A stretch of DNA of 59,830 bases, the filler included, from Nitrospinae bacterium RIFCSPLOWO2_12_FULL_45_22 (GTDB lineage Bacteria > 2-12-FULL-45-22): the NCBI GenBank assembly GCA_001803565.1. It is 7 parts of 7 records of this genome, joined end to end, with 100 filler letters (N's around TTAATTAATTAA, not from the genome) between each part and the next. Parts side by side here need not be neighbours in the genome. Positions count along the whole stretch, not along the records: positions 25,155 to 38,747 come from MHDQ01000273.1; 6 more parts are not named here. One strand, given 5' to 3'. A program made the position numbers and the translations under genes. The notes under the pieces were generated by a model. It was not told where the DNA came from. It ran no database searches and saw only the letters and a list, made by a program, of their open reading frames with translations. This document shows, in pieces, positions 26,307 through 36,782 of this stretch (position 1 is the stretch's first letter; every line of letters starts with the position of its first letter).

Positions 26307-29165
26307 ATGTCAGGCAATGGATTCAATAGAAGGGAATTTTTAAAGAGTACCGGGTTGATGGTGGGCTCTCTCTATTTAAGTAACCTAAGGATAAGGGAGG
26401 TATATGCTCAGACCCAGCCTGCCGCCTATCCCTACCGGAGTTGGGAAGACCTTTATAAGAAGCAATGGACCTGGGATAAGGTAGTAAAAGGCACCCATTA
26501 TGTGAACTGCTGGTACCAGTCGGCCTGCTGCTGGGATGTTTATATTAAAGATGGTATTGTGATCCGGGAAGAGCAGACCGCAGAATATCCCCCCATTTCA
26601 CCTGACGCTCCTGATCCCAATCCCCGCGGCTGTCAGAAAGGGGCTTGTTACAGCCACCGGATGTATGACCCAACCCGGCTCAAATATCCTTTGAAGCGAG
26701 TAGGTGAGAGGGGTGAAGGGAAATGGAAGCGGGTATCCTGGGACGAGGCCCTGAGTGAGATAGCCGATAGGATGGTAGATATTATTGCCCAAGAAGGCCC
26801 GGAGACTATAGTGTGGGATATAGGCACCAATTTCAGCATCGGCTCCCAGAGTGTGGGCCTGACCCGATTGGCCCTATCGTTAGGAACCCCGCTATTAGAT
26901 ATGAATCCCGAGATAGGCGATGGTCATCAGGGTATGGCTATCACTATGGGCAAGATAATCAATGAGGGGTCAGGTGATAACTGGTTTTATACTGACCTGT
27001 TCCTTATCTGGGGTGGCAACCCTACCTATACCCATATACCTAACTCCCACTATTATATTGAAGGGCGGTATAATGGCGCAAAGATTGTTACTATCAGCCC
27101 CGACTATAGCCCTTCAGCTCTCCATGCCGACCTCTGGATCCCCATAAATGTGGGTACGGATGCTGCCTTGGCCCTCTCGCTCGCCCATATAATTGTGAAT
27201 GAGAAGCTTTACCATGCAGCCTTTCTGAAAGAACAGACCGATATGCCTCTCCTGGTAAGGGATGATAACCGGCTTTTCTTACGCGAAAAGGACCTGAAAG
27301 AAGGTGGAAAAGACGATGTCTTTTACCTATTTGATCTTACCAGTAAAGCCATAAAGGAAGCCCCCAAGCTCTCTCTGGCCTTAAATGGCATAGACCCAGC
27401 CCTGGAAGGGGAATACGAAGTAGAGACTTTGCAGGGCAAGGTAAAGGTCAGGCCGGTCTTTGAGCTACTCAAAAAGCGGCTGGAGGAATATTCCCCTGAG
27501 AATGCCTCAACGATTACTGGTATAAATCCTAAGGTAATAAAAGACCTGGCCCATGACATCGCCAAGGCCAAGTCAGTATGTAACGTAACCCAGAGTAATT
27601 TCTCTAAGTTTTATCATGTGGCGCTACTGGAGCGGGCTGAGTTATTAGTAGGCGCTTTATGTGGTCATTTTGGTAAGCGTGGTAGTGGTTTTCGGGGCTT
27701 CCCGTTCCTTATGCCTGATGCCTTTGAGACCTTTCCTTTCATGAAGAAGCCCGGTGTAGAAGGGGCTAAGGAGTTTGAAGCCTGGTTTGAGCAGCAATTC
27801 AAGCCTTTCAAAGATGCCGGCTATACCGATGAGATGTTGGTCTACGAATTTATCCGGCAGGCTTATTCACAAGGGTTCTGGACCTCGGCGACCCTCTTCT
27901 GGTATATCCATGGAGGATTAAAGGAGCTTTCTGGCAGGTCTAAAGAATGGGACCGCTACCTGAAACGAGATGTAGATGACTACCTGAAAGAGTCCTTTGA
28001 AAAAGGCTGGCAGATGATTGTACCAGCACCAGAAAAAGAACCCCGGGGCCTATTCGAATATGGCGGCAATATATTACGCCGGGTAAGGGGTTATACTAAG
28101 CTCATAGATACCCTGTACCCCAAACTAAAACTAGCAGTGACTATAGATTGGCGCATGAGCACCACGGGCCTCTATTCTGATTTTGTCTTGCCGCTAGCTG
28201 GTTGGTATGAAAAAGAGGATATTAAATGGGTAACACCCCTTCAACCCTTTGTCCATATCACTGACCGGGCTGTGGAACCATTGCACGAATCTAAGACTGA
28301 CTGGGAGATATTTTGCCTGCTAGCCAGGAAGGTCGAGGAACAGGCCAAGCAGAAAGGGATCGAGACTTATAAAGTGAGGGATGAAGAACGGAGATTCGAT
28401 ACTGTTTACGGTGCCTTGACCTTTGGGGGTTATTACAAAGATAAAGACGACGCAAAGCTGGCCGATGATTATATGAAGATCTCTACCAACACCAAAGGGG
28501 TAACCTGGCCGGAGTTACGCAAAAAAGGGTTTGCTCCTTTCAGTGGGGTCGGGAGGAGTCCCGGGACTATCGGTAACGCTACCGATATTAAACCCAACGA
28601 GACTATCGTGCCCCTGACCTGGCATACGGACAAGAAAGTCCCTTATCCTACCCTTAGCCGGCGTATGCAGTTCTATATTGACCATGAGCTATTCCTTGAT
28701 CTGGGTGAGGAGCTACCCGTTCACAAAGAACCACCTAAAGCCGGTGGTAATTACCCATTAGTAGTGACCGGTGGGCATACTCGCTGGAGTATCCACTCCT
28801 CCTGGCGGGATAGTCAGCACATGCTCCGCCTTCAGCGCGGCGTACCAGTCATGTATATAAGTGCTGTAGATGCCCAGAAGCGTGGGATAAAGGATGGGGA
28901 AGAGGTAGAGGTTAAGAACGACCTAAATTCCTTCCGGATCCATGCCAAGGTATCTCCGGCTGTGAGGCCAGGCCAGGTGATAATCTATCATGCCTGGGAG
29001 AATTATCAGTTCAAAGATCGTAAGCTCTTCCAGAACCTGATGCCATCACCCTTGAATCCTATTACTTTGGCTGGTGGTTATTATCATCTGAGGCCCATGT
29101 TCCTCGCTCTGCATCCACCTCAGAACGACCGAGATACCAGAGTAGAGGTAGTAAAGCTTACTTAA
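26307..29165 (+). CDS. Tat-exported type II DMSO-reductase-family alpha subunit, steroid C25/ethylbenzene dehydrogenase-like
   Basis: NRREFLK; GTHYVNCWYQSAC..NPRGCQKG (His-ligated FS0); EIGD Asp ligand; WGGNP.YT.IPN.HY..EGRY.G; HTRWSIHS; GGAGG RBS before ATG 26307. Confidence 0.85.
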   Translation: MSGNGFNRREFLKSTGLMVGSLYLSNLRIREVYAQTQPAAYPYRSWEDLYKKQWTWDKVVKGTHYVNCWYQSACCWDVYIKDGIVIREEQTAEYPPISPDAPDPNPRGCQKGACYSHRMYDPTRLKYPLKRVGERGEGKWKRVSWDEALSEIADRMVDIIAQEGPETIVWDIGTNFSIGSQSVGLTRLALSLGTPLLDMNPEIGDGHQGMAITMGKIINEGSGDNWFYTDLFLIWGGNPTYTHIPNSHYYIEGRYNGAKIVTISPDYSPSALHADLWIPINVGTDAALALSLAHIIVNEKLYHAAFLKEQTDMPLLVRDDNRLFLREKDLKEGGKDDVFYLFDLTSKAIKEAPKLSLALNGIDPALEGEYEVETLQGKVKVRPVFELLKKRLEEYSPENASTITGINPKVIKDLAHDIAKAKSVCNVTQSNFSKFYHVALLERAELLVGALCGHFGKRGSGFRGFPFLMPDAFETFPFMKKPGVEGAKEFEAWFEQQFKPFKDAGYTDEMLVYEFIRQAYSQGFWTSATLFWYIHGGLKELSGRSKEWDRYLKRDVDDYLKESFEKGWQMIVPAPEKEPRGLFEYGGNILRRVRGYTKLIDTLYPKLKLAVTIDWRMSTTGLYSDFVLPLAGWYEKEDIKWVTPLQPFVHITDRAVEPLHESKTDWEIFCLLARKVEEQAKQKGIETYKVRDEERRFDTVYGALTFGGYYKDKDDAKLADDYMKISTNTKGVTWPELRKKGFAPFSGVGRSPGTIGNATDIKPNETIVPLTWHTDKKVPYPTLSRRMQFYIDHELFLDLGEELPVHKEPPKAGGNYPLVVTGGHTRWSIHSSWRDSQHMLRLQRGVPVMYISAVDAQKRGIKDGEEVEVKNDLNSFRIHAKVSPAVRPGQVIIYHAWENYQFKDRKLFQNLMPSPLNPITLAGGYYHLRPMFLALHPPQNDRDTRVEVVKLT

Positions 29166-31545
29166 GCTCTGCTACAGTGACACCATCGCCCCCCTCCTGG
29201 GCGTTGCCGGGGCGGAAGTTACGGACATAGGGGGAGGTGGCGAGATAAGTCCGTAGGGCCTTTTTCAGGGCCCCGGTGCCATAGCCATGGATAAGGTATA
29301 CAGAAGAGACGTTTTCGAGAATAGCCTTATCCAGGAAGCCCTCTGCCTTAGCCCTTGCTTCTTCCACGGTTAATCCCCTCAGGTCACAACAATTTTCCGG
29401 GCTAGTCATAGGGAAATTTAGCGCCATCTCGGCCCCATCAGCCTTTGCCGGGGGCTTCTTGCGGGGTCGCACTTTCTTATTTTCTTTTTTTAGGGGCAAT
29501 AGGTCGGTCGTCTTTACCAACAACTTCATCTGGCCTATCTGCACTCCTACCCGCTCTTTACCATCTGGGTCTTCCAGCAATATTCCCCGTTGCTGCAAAG
29601 AGACGACCTCTACCTCATCCCCTTCGTAGCAACTACCCAGGGATAAGATGGGCATAGAGGCTGGCCACCAGTCCTGGTGCCGGCGGGCGTTTATTTCCTG
29701 GTCTGTCTCATATAGCTCTTGCTGGGCGGCCCTGAGCTTTTCCCGTCGCCTCTCCTGTTTGATATTTTCTAGGAGGGCGTTTATCTTCTTTTTTGCTTCG
29801 TTTAATTCCTGGGATAATTCCTGCCGGAAATCCAGTACGCTCCGTTGTTTTTCGTTTTTAATCTTCTCCAACTCTTCCTGTACCTGCTTCTGGAGGCGGT
29901 CAGTCTCTTCTTTTGTCCGGGATAATTCTTCTGCCTTTCGCTCCATTACCTGACGTTGTTCTTCCAGATGTCTTAATAAAGTATCAATCGCCTGGGGTTG
30001 GCCACCCCAAAGTTCCCTGGCCCGGGAGCATAATTCCAGGGGTAACCCTAACCTATGGGCTATCTCCATACCATAACTTCTTCCAGGCATACCGCTCCGG
30101 AGGCGGAAAGTCGGTTGTAGACCCGTGAGATCGAATTCCATACCAGCATTGACTATACGACTATTTTGTCCGGATAAGGCCTTAAGGTGATTATAATGGG
30201 TAGTAACAATAAGGTAAGTATCTAAGGCCAGAAGCTCCTCTATGATAGCCTGGGCTAAGGCTTCTCCTTCCTGCGGATCAGTAGAGGTAACAATTTCATC
30301 CAGGAGGACTAAAGAGCCGGGAGAGGACTCTCTTATAATTTCTATAATATTACACAGGTGTCCAGAGAAGGTAGATAGATTACTCTCTACACTCTGCGGA
30401 TCACCAATATCTGCATAAATCTCAGGGAAAACAGCCATCTCTGAATCAGCCGAGGCAGGGATAAGGAGGCCAGCTTTGATCATCAAGGCGCATAGCCCTA
30501 CGGTCTTTAACATGATAGTCTTGCCACCTGCATTAGGCCCGGTAATAATCATACCCTGGGATTCTTCTCCTAAGCTAATATCATTTGGCACCACATTTTC
30601 CTGATTCAGCATTAGTAGCGGATGACGAACCTGGAGGAGCTTTACCTTGCCCTGGCTATTGATGCGTGGTGCATGGGCGGAGAGCATTATAGCTAAGCGG
30701 GCCTTGCTAAAAGTGAGGTCTAAATTGCTTAATACCCCCAGGTTAGTCATGATCTCGGGTAGATAGTCTGCTACCAATAACGATAGCTCTCTAAGGATGC
30801 GATAGGTTTCATGCTCCAGCTCCAGCTCTGCTATGCGTAAGCGATTATTCAAATCTACCAGCTCGTGAGGCTCAATAAAGATAGTCGCCCCACTAACAGA
30901 AGAGTCATGCACAATCCCTGGTATCTTGCCCCGGGTTTCGGCCTTAATCGGGATAACATAGCGGTTTCCCCGGATAGTAAAATATTCTTCCTGGAGAATA
31001 TTGGCGTATAGAGGAGAATTCAGGATAGAAGTTAGCTTATCCTTGATAGCCTGCTGCAAAAAATAGACCTGGCGGCGCAATTGCGGCAGGAGGGGACTGG
31101 CAGCATCGGCCAGCCCATCGGTCTCATCCAGACAACTACCTAACCGCCTTCTCAAATCCCTTAGATCAGCCAGTGGAAGGATCATCCGATAGAGATGGGG
31201 ATAGGCGCCACGTCTGGTAATAAAGAAGGTTTTTATCCGGGAGCAAGCCACCAAAGAGCGATAGACCTGCATTAATTCCTGCGCATTCAGTACCCCCTCT
31301 TTCTCTATGCGCAGCATAAGGGGCCGCAGATCATGGATACCATCTAACGGAAGGGCCCCTTCTTCCTGGATGACTTGCTTGAGCTCTGCGGCCTCCTTTA
31401 ACCGTTGGATGATGGTGGCTTCATCCCTTTCCAGGGACAATTTTAGGGCTTCATCTCTGCCGAGAGGCGAGGTAGTCAGTTCTGCCAGCCTATCTTTTAT
31501 CTTAGACCATTCCAGCGCTAACAGCGACTTATCTATTATTGTCAT
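29158..31545 (-). CDS. mutS2: Endonuclease MutS2
   Basis: ITGPNAGGKT, ADIGD.QS....LSTFS, TTHY, C-terminal Smr domain IHGYGTGALK..GGDGVT. Confidence 0.95.
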   Translation of the reverse strand: MTIIDKSLLALEWSKIKDRLAELTTSPLGRDEALKLSLERDEATIIQRLKEAAELKQVIQEEGALPLDGIHDLRPLMLRIEKEGVLNAQELMQVYRSLVACSRIKTFFITRRGAYPHLYRMILPLADLRDLRRRLGSCLDETDGLADAASPLLPQLRRQVYFLQQAIKDKLTSILNSPLYANILQEEYFTIRGNRYVIPIKAETRGKIPGIVHDSSVSGATIFIEPHELVDLNNRLRIAELELEHETYRILRELSLLVADYLPEIMTNLGVLSNLDLTFSKARLAIMLSAHAPRINSQGKVKLLQVRHPLLMLNQENVVPNDISLGEESQGMIITGPNAGGKTIMLKTVGLCALMIKAGLLIPASADSEMAVFPEIYADIGDPQSVESNLSTFSGHLCNIIEIIRESSPGSLVLLDEIVTSTDPQEGEALAQAIIEELLALDTYLIVTTHYNHLKALSGQNSRIVNAGMEFDLTGLQPTFRLRSGMPGRSYGMEIAHRLGLPLELCSRARELWGGQPQAIDTLLRHLEEQRQVMERKAEELSRTKEETDRLQKQVQEELEKIKNEKQRSVLDFRQELSQELNEAKKKINALLENIKQERRREKLRAAQQELYETDQEINARRHQDWWPASMPILSLGSCYEGDEVEVVSLQQRGILLEDPDGKERVGVQIGQMKLLVKTTDLLPLKKENKKVRPRKKPPAKADGAEMALNFPMTSPENCCDLRGLTVEEARAKAEGFLDKAILENVSSVYLIHGYGTGALKKALRTYLATSPYVRNFRPGNAQEGGDGVTVAELK

Positions 31546-31557
31546 AATACAACGATT

Positions 31558-31694
31558 GTAAGCGTTCGGCTATCAGCAATCAGCTCTCAGCAAAAACCAG
31601 TTGTCAGGGAGCGGGGATCAGGATATAAGAGATTAAAAACCTGATCCCTAACCCCCGGTTGCTGACGGCTGATAGATGACGGCTGAATACTTAC
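31558..31694. mobile_element. Family A MITE-like element with heptamer-repeat stem
   Basis: Ends GTAAGCGTTCGG and CTGAATACTTAC; flanks CAACGATT/CATGGATT (6 of 8 match); GCTATCA-like heptamers inside. Confidence 0.65.
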
Positions 31695-31700
31695 CATGGA

Positions 31701-33263
31701 TTAATGGGCTGGTCTCCTTCCACCCTTTCCTCCCTTCATGAGAAGTAATAAAGGGAAAAAGGCCAGGTAGAGGAGGGCCAGGAGCAGAAAATTGTCATTA
31801 AAGGCCAGCATCTTACTCTGGCGTAAAACCTCCCCATAGATCATCCCCAGGGACTGTTGAGAGGCAGTAAAGCTATCCGGGCCCGAAAAACCCAGGATAT
31901 TATGCAAGAGGATGCCACGGCCCTGGGCCTCAAGGTTCATAGGGTTGATATGGCTCACCAGCATGGATTGATGGAACTGACTCCAGCGGCTCAGATAGGT
32001 AGTAACAACAGCAACCCCAATAGAGCCACCAAGGTTGCGCAACATGTTATACAAACTGGTAGCATGGCCCATCTCCTCTTTATTAATCCTTCCTAAAGAG
32101 GTAGTAGAAACCGGTACAAAGATAAAACCCAGACCAAACCCATGGATCAGCCGGGTCCACATGGCGTAGTTAAAATCTATCTGGAGATTAAAATTAGACA
32201 TGGTATACAAACCATAAGAAGTGACACAAGCACCAAAAGCTATCAGGATGCGGGTATCAATAAGGTTAACTAATCTACCTACAAAAAGCATAGCTACCAA
32301 CGAGGCAATACCACCCGGGCCCATAACCAGCCCGGCCTTAGTAGGGGTGTAACCCATCAGATTCTGGAGATAAACGGGTAATAGGACAACACTGCCTAGT
32401 AAGGCTAAGAAATGGATGGAGATTAATATAGAACCAAGTGCATAGGTACGATCCTTGAATAGCCTCAAATGGATAATTGGATTCTTACTCCTCAGTTCCC
32501 AAAACACTACCGCCACCAGGGCTACAAAGCTTATCATGGCCATCCGCACGATAAAACCTGACGCAAACCAGTCTTCCAACTCCCCTTTGTCCAGCATTAT
32601 CTGGAAACAAGCCAGCCCCAGGCAGAGCAGGATCAATCCTATATAATCTATGTTCCCAATACTTCTGCCTTGTCTCCTAAGATAGGGTGGATCAGAGATA
32701 AAGGCCCAGATCATTATAATAGCCAGCAGCCCTACCGGTATATTTATATAAAAGGCCCAGCGCCAGGTATAATTATCGGTTATCCAACCGCCCAGCACCG
32801 GCCCAAAAATGGGCGCGAACATGAGCCCTACCCCATAAACCGCCATAGCCATTCCTTGCTGGGCCGGGGGAAAGGTCTCCATTAATACTGCATGGGAAGT
32901 AGCAATCAAGGGGCCACCACCGATACCCTGAAGGATCCTGAATAGGACCAACAAGCCTAACGTAGGGGCAGAACCACAGAGGAAAGAGCTAACAGTAAAG
33001 AGGCTTACACTGAAGATAAGGAGCCCCTTGCGGCCGAATAAACTGGTGAGCCAGCCGGTAAGGGGGATAACTATGCCATTAGCCACTAAATATGAGGTAA
33101 GTACCCAGCTTACTTCTTCCAGGCCGGCAGATAAGCTTCCCTGGATATGGGGTACTGCAACAGTAACAATGGTGGTATCGATAATCTCCATAATCGTCGC
33201 CAGCATTACCGATGCCGTGATTAGCCATTTTTCAAGCGCCCCTGGGGTATCTGATGTGGCCAT
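31701..33263 (-). CDS. DHA2-family (EmrB/QacA) MFS efflux transporter
   Basis: IDTTIVTVAVP, WVLTSYL, FRILQG, GPVLGGWITD..WRW.FYIN.P. Confidence 0.93.
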   Translation of the reverse strand: MATSDTPGALEKWLITASVMLATIMEIIDTTIVTVAVPHIQGSLSAGLEEVSWVLTSYLVANGIVIPLTGWLTSLFGRKGLLIFSVSLFTVSSFLCGSAPTLGLLVLFRILQGIGGGPLIATSHAVLMETFPPAQQGMAMAVYGVGLMFAPIFGPVLGGWITDNYTWRWAFYINIPVGLLAIIMIWAFISDPPYLRRQGRSIGNIDYIGLILLCLGLACFQIMLDKGELEDWFASGFIVRMAMISFVALVAVVFWELRSKNPIIHLRLFKDRTYALGSILISIHFLALLGSVVLLPVYLQNLMGYTPTKAGLVMGPGGIASLVAMLFVGRLVNLIDTRILIAFGACVTSYGLYTMSNFNLQIDFNYAMWTRLIHGFGLGFIFVPVSTTSLGRINKEEMGHATSLYNMLRNLGGSIGVAVVTTYLSRWSQFHQSMLVSHINPMNLEAQGRGILLHNILGFSGPDSFTASQQSLGMIYGEVLRQSKMLAFNDNFLLLALLYLAFFPLLLLMKGGKGGRRPAH

Positions 33264-33466
33264 AGATCTGTATATCTAAGATTTTATATGGTATTGCCGG
33301 GATAACTCAACCTCTATGATAATCATTGAAAATCAAAATAATCGAATATCCCCTTATTGTCAATGATCCCCTGGGTTGGAATGGAGAGAATTTCTCCTTG
33401 ACAACCCTATCCCCCTCCTATAAGTTCATTGCATAGGAATTTTCATTTTAATAATGCGGTTTTGTG

Positions 33467-33489
33467 GTAGTCGCAGGCTAAAGCCTGCG
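33467..33489. repeat. GTAG-type REP-like palindrome
   Basis: GTAGT-CGCAGGCT-AA-AGCCTGCG. Confidence 0.55.
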
Positions 33490-33542
33490 TTAATTTATGC
33501 TCAAACAAAATCCCTGATATAACAGTATTATGGAGAAAGAGA

Positions 33543-33863
33543 ATGAGGAAAGAACGGTTGGTCTATAGCCTAATAATATCTTTCGTAATATTCGTAAGCT
33601 GTGCTACGGTGGGTAAAGATTTTCCTGGCCGGGACATGGTAAAGAATATCCAGACGGGTAAGACCACCAAATTAGAGATACTGGATATGTTCGGTGCCCC
33701 TTATCGTCGGGGGATAGAGGATGGTGATGAGACCTGGACTTATGTATATTGGAAGGTCAATCTAATTGGCAGTAAATACTCGAAGGACCTCTATATCCAC
33801 TTTGATAAGAACAGCATAGTACGTTCCTATAGCTATAATAATAATTTCCCGGGTGCTGAGTAG
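33543..33863 (+). CDS. Lipoprotein with SmpA/OmlA (BamE-like) domain
   Basis: Lipobox FVSC; IQTGKTTK.EI...FGAP, WTY. Confidence 0.75.
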   Translation: MRKERLVYSLIISFVIFVSCATVGKDFPGRDMVKNIQTGKTTKLEILDMFGAPYRRGIEDGDETWTYVYWKVNLIGSKYSKDLYIHFDKNSIVRSYSYNNNFPGAE

Positions 33864-34470
33864 CTTTTTTCTCATGGAAGAAGAAAAGGACCCTATCAAA
33901 GAACTTCGTCTGGGCCAGAAGATCAAGGGCCTGCGGAGCAGTATGCGCTTATCTTTGAAGGAAGTGGCAGAAAAGGCTGGCCTGACAGAGCCGGTCCTGT
34001 CCCAAATAGAAAACGATATTGTACCACCTACTATCGCCGCATTAGCCAGGATAGGCCGGGCCCTCAAGGTAGAATTAGGCTATTTTTTCCAGAAGGAACC
34101 CTTAGGTGGTGAGATAGAAGTAGTCCGGCGCGACGAGCGGAAGATCGTCCGAAGACAACGCACCTTAGGTTCAACCCCCCTCAGTTATTCTTACCAGTCC
34201 CTGGCTTATCGCAAGACCTGCCGGAATATGCAGCCCTTCCTCATCGAATTCGATCTAGATATCCAGGAGGAGATACCCAGTTTGAGCCACGAGGGGGAAG
34301 AGTTTCTCTACCTGCTGGAGGGAGAGTTGGAATTCCGTACGGAAAAAGAGGGCATAATCCTACATGAGGGAGACAGCCTCTATTTTGATTCCCAGATATC
34401 CCATGCCTTTTATGGCCGGGGGAAGAAAAAGCCGAGGGCTATAGTTGTTATCTTTACCCCCAGAGACTAG
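33853..34470 (+). CDS. XRE-family HTH regulator with cupin domain
   Basis: LKEVAEKAGL....LSQIEND..PT; HEGEEF.YLLEG..GDSLYFDS..SH. Confidence 0.9.
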   Translation: MLSSFFLMEEEKDPIKELRLGQKIKGLRSSMRLSLKEVAEKAGLTEPVLSQIENDIVPPTIAALARIGRALKVELGYFFQKEPLGGEIEVVRRDERKIVRRQRTLGSTPLSYSYQSLAYRKTCRNMQPFLIEFDLDIQEEIPSLSHEGEEFLYLLEGELEFRTEKEGIILHEGDSLYFDSQISHAFYGRGKKKPRAIVVIFTPRD

Positions 34471-34477
34471 CAGCTAC

Positions 34478-35041
34478 ATGGTTGAGATCAGGATTCATGG
34501 CCGTGGTGGCCAGGGAGCAGTAGTAGCCTCAAAGATACTGGCTATCGCCTTTTTCAAGGAAGGTAAGTATGTCCAGTCTTTCCCGGCTTTCGGGGTGGAG
34601 CGTAGAGGGGCGCCAGTAGCTGCTTTTGTCCGTACAGGTCACGAATTTATCTATTTGAGGACCGAGATCTATCAGCCCGATCATGTCATAGTCCTGGACC
34701 CTACCCTCATTGGCCCTATAGCCGTTACTGGTGGGTTACGGGACGGGGGATGGGTCTTGATCAATTCTGAAAAAGAACCACACCAATACCATAACCTCAG
34801 CCCTTCCCATTATTATCGGATAGCTACCGTAGACGCTAACCATATTGCTACCCAACACCATTTAGGCTCTCCTACTAATCCCATAGTCAATACTGCTATC
34901 CTGGGGGCCTTTGCCCGCATCAGTAATCTGGTTAGTATTGAGTCAGTAGAAGAGGCCATTAAAGAAGAAGTACCAGTAGATAGAGAAGAGAATGCCAGGG
35001 CTGCCCGTAACGCCTACCTCAAGGTGGTCTATGAGGGATGA
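34478..35041 (+). CDS. 2-oxoacid:acceptor oxidoreductase gamma subunit (PorC-like)
   Basis: EIRIHGRGGQGAV, FGVERRGAPV, NTAILGA. Confidence 0.92.
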   Translation: MVEIRIHGRGGQGAVVASKILAIAFFKEGKYVQSFPAFGVERRGAPVAAFVRTGHEFIYLRTEIYQPDHVIVLDPTLIGPIAVTGGLRDGGWVLINSEKEPHQYHNLSPSHYYRIATVDANHIATQHHLGSPTNPIVNTAILGAFARISNLVSIESVEEAIKEEVPVDREENARAARNAYLKVVYEG

Positions 35042-36782
35042 AGGAAAGGAAATTCCAAAAAAGCTACCGGGCATGATTGTTTCCTTTGCTGACATGGCCT
35101 GGAATAAGACCGGGAGCTGGCGCTATCTAAAGCCCCGCTATGAGAATAAGACCCCACCGTGTTCTGCGGGCTGCCCGGCTGGCGAGGATATTGAGGGTAG
35201 TTTACGGCTATTAGCGGGAGGGAAAATCCTTCGGGCCTGGGCCCTTATCAAGATTGAGAACCCCTTTCCCAGGGTCTGTGGCCGGGTCTGCTTCCATCCC
35301 TGTGAAGCCCATTGCAACCGTGGAGAATATGATCGGTCTATCGCCATCAATCGCCTGGAGCGCTTTATTGCCGATGCTGCTACCCAAAAGAACCGCAGGG
35401 TTCCTAAGCCCAAAATAAGGCGGCGGGAAAGGATTGCTGTGATAGGGGCAGGCCCCGCAGGGTTGAGCTGTGCCTATCACCTAACCCGCCTGGGCTATCC
35501 GGTTACGGTCTTTGAAGCTTTGCCTCAAACAGGCGGGATGCTCCGGGTGGGTATCCCGGCGTTCCGCTTATCCCGTGAAGTATTGGATGCCGAGTTAGCC
35601 GAACTGCTGGCTATGGGGATAGAGATAAAAACCGGAGTCCGGTTAGGGCATAATCTTTTTTGGACAGACCTCAAGGGCTTCAAGGCCGTTTTCTTAGCCA
35701 CTGGGGCTCATATCAGCCGGAACCTGGCTATCCCGGGCGAGGATATTCCCGGGGTATATCGGGGCTTAGAATTCCTGGGCCAGTTAAATAGTGGACAAAA
35801 GATATCGTTAGGTAAGCGGGTTGCTATTATAGGTGGTGGAAATACCGCTATTGATGTGGCCCGGTCAGCCTTGCGGCTCCAGAGCGAACCCCATATCCTG
35901 TATCGGCGTACCAGAAACGAGATGCCAGCCTTTAATGAAGAGACAATAGAAGCAGAGAGGGAAGGGGTAGAATTCTCTTTCCTTACCGCCCCGGCCCGAA
36001 TATTGGCCCGTGCTGGCCAGGTAAGCGGGATAGAATGCCTAAGGATGGAGTTAGGGGAGCCGGATGAGAGTGGTCGGCGGAGGCCGGTACCGGTCAAGGG
36101 TTCTAATTTTATTATAGAAGCTGACAATGTTGTGGCGGCCCTGGGCGAGGAGCCGGAGCTGTCTTATTTAGACCAGGAAATAAAGGTTGTTAGGGGCCTG
36201 GTTGCTACTGATGCCTGGCAGCGTACTTCTAAACTCCGAGTCCTTGCTGGCGGGGATAATACCTCTTTTCGCCGGACGGTAATAGATGCCATCGCTGCCG
36301 GGAAAAAGGCCGCCTTAGCTATTGACTGTTTTATTCAAGAGAGGGGTCTAGAGGCCCTCTGGCCCAAAATACAGATAGGAGCCAATGGCGCTTTCTCTAT
36401 GCGGCAATATCTCAAGATAAAGGATAGAGGGAAAACGCGCTCGGCAGAGATAGTAAATCTTTCGCAGCTTAATCTGGATTATTTCGCCCCAGCCGAACGG
36501 ATCAAGCGACCGGCATTAGCTTTAGATGAAAGGAGGCAAAGCTTCAAAGAGGTAAATAAAACTATTAGCCAGGAGTTGGCCGGGCAAGAGGCTGGGCGCT
36601 GTTTTCATTGTGGCGTATGTAACAACTGTGAAAACTGCTACCTTTACTGTCCTGAAGGGGCTATTTACCCGCAAAGAACTGGCCTGGGCTACCGGATTGA
36701 TTATGACTATTGTAAGGGTTGTGGGGTTTGTATGGAAGAATGTCCCCGCAATGCTATCACCTTAGAAGAGGAAGAGCGATGA
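35031..36782 (+). CDS. GltD/DsrL-like FAD/NAD(P) oxidoreductase with PorD-like N- and C-terminal ends
   Basis: NKTGSWR (PorD-like start); PPCSAGCP, CGRVCFHPCE..C, GAGPAG, GGGNTA, YRRT; C-terminal CNNCENCYLYCP and IDYDYCKGCGVCMEECP. Confidence 0.85.
   Translation: MRDEGKEIPKKLPGMIVSFADMAWNKTGSWRYLKPRYENKTPPCSAGCPAGEDIEGSLRLLAGGKILRAWALIKIENPFPRVCGRVCFHPCEAHCNRGEYDRSIAINRLERFIADAATQKNRRVPKPKIRRRERIAVIGAGPAGLSCAYHLTRLGYPVTVFEALPQTGGMLRVGIPAFRLSREVLDAELAELLAMGIEIKTGVRLGHNLFWTDLKGFKAVFLATGAHISRNLAIPGEDIPGVYRGLEFLGQLNSGQKISLGKRVAIIGGGNTAIDVARSALRLQSEPHILYRRTRNEMPAFNEETIEAEREGVEFSFLTAPARILARAGQVSGIECLRMELGEPDESGRRRPVPVKGSNFIIEADNVVAALGEEPELSYLDQEIKVVRGLVATDAWQRTSKLRVLAGGDNTSFRRTVIDAIAAGKKAALAIDCFIQERGLEALWPKIQIGANGAFSMRQYLKIKDRGKTRSAEIVNLSQLNLDYFAPAERIKRPALALDERRQSFKEVNKTISQELAGQEAGRCFHCGVCNNCENCYLYCPEGAIYPQRTGLGYRIDYDYCKGCGVCMEECPRNAITLEEEER

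Noticed and set aside
26307-29165. Nitrate reductase NarG or nitrite oxidoreductase NxrA
   Set aside because: Shorter (about 950 aa), has NCWYQ rather than the HGVNCTGSC motif, and has no narH/I neighbours.
31558-31694. CRISPR array or tRNA in the repeat-rich intergenic regions
   Set aside because: Repeats are 7-bp tandem units and hairpins without unique spacers, and no cloverleaf or T-loop motif was seen.
35031-36782. dsrL or glutamate synthase small subunit
   Set aside because: The architecture is similar, but it is embedded between por-like gamma and alpha genes with no dsr or gltB genes.
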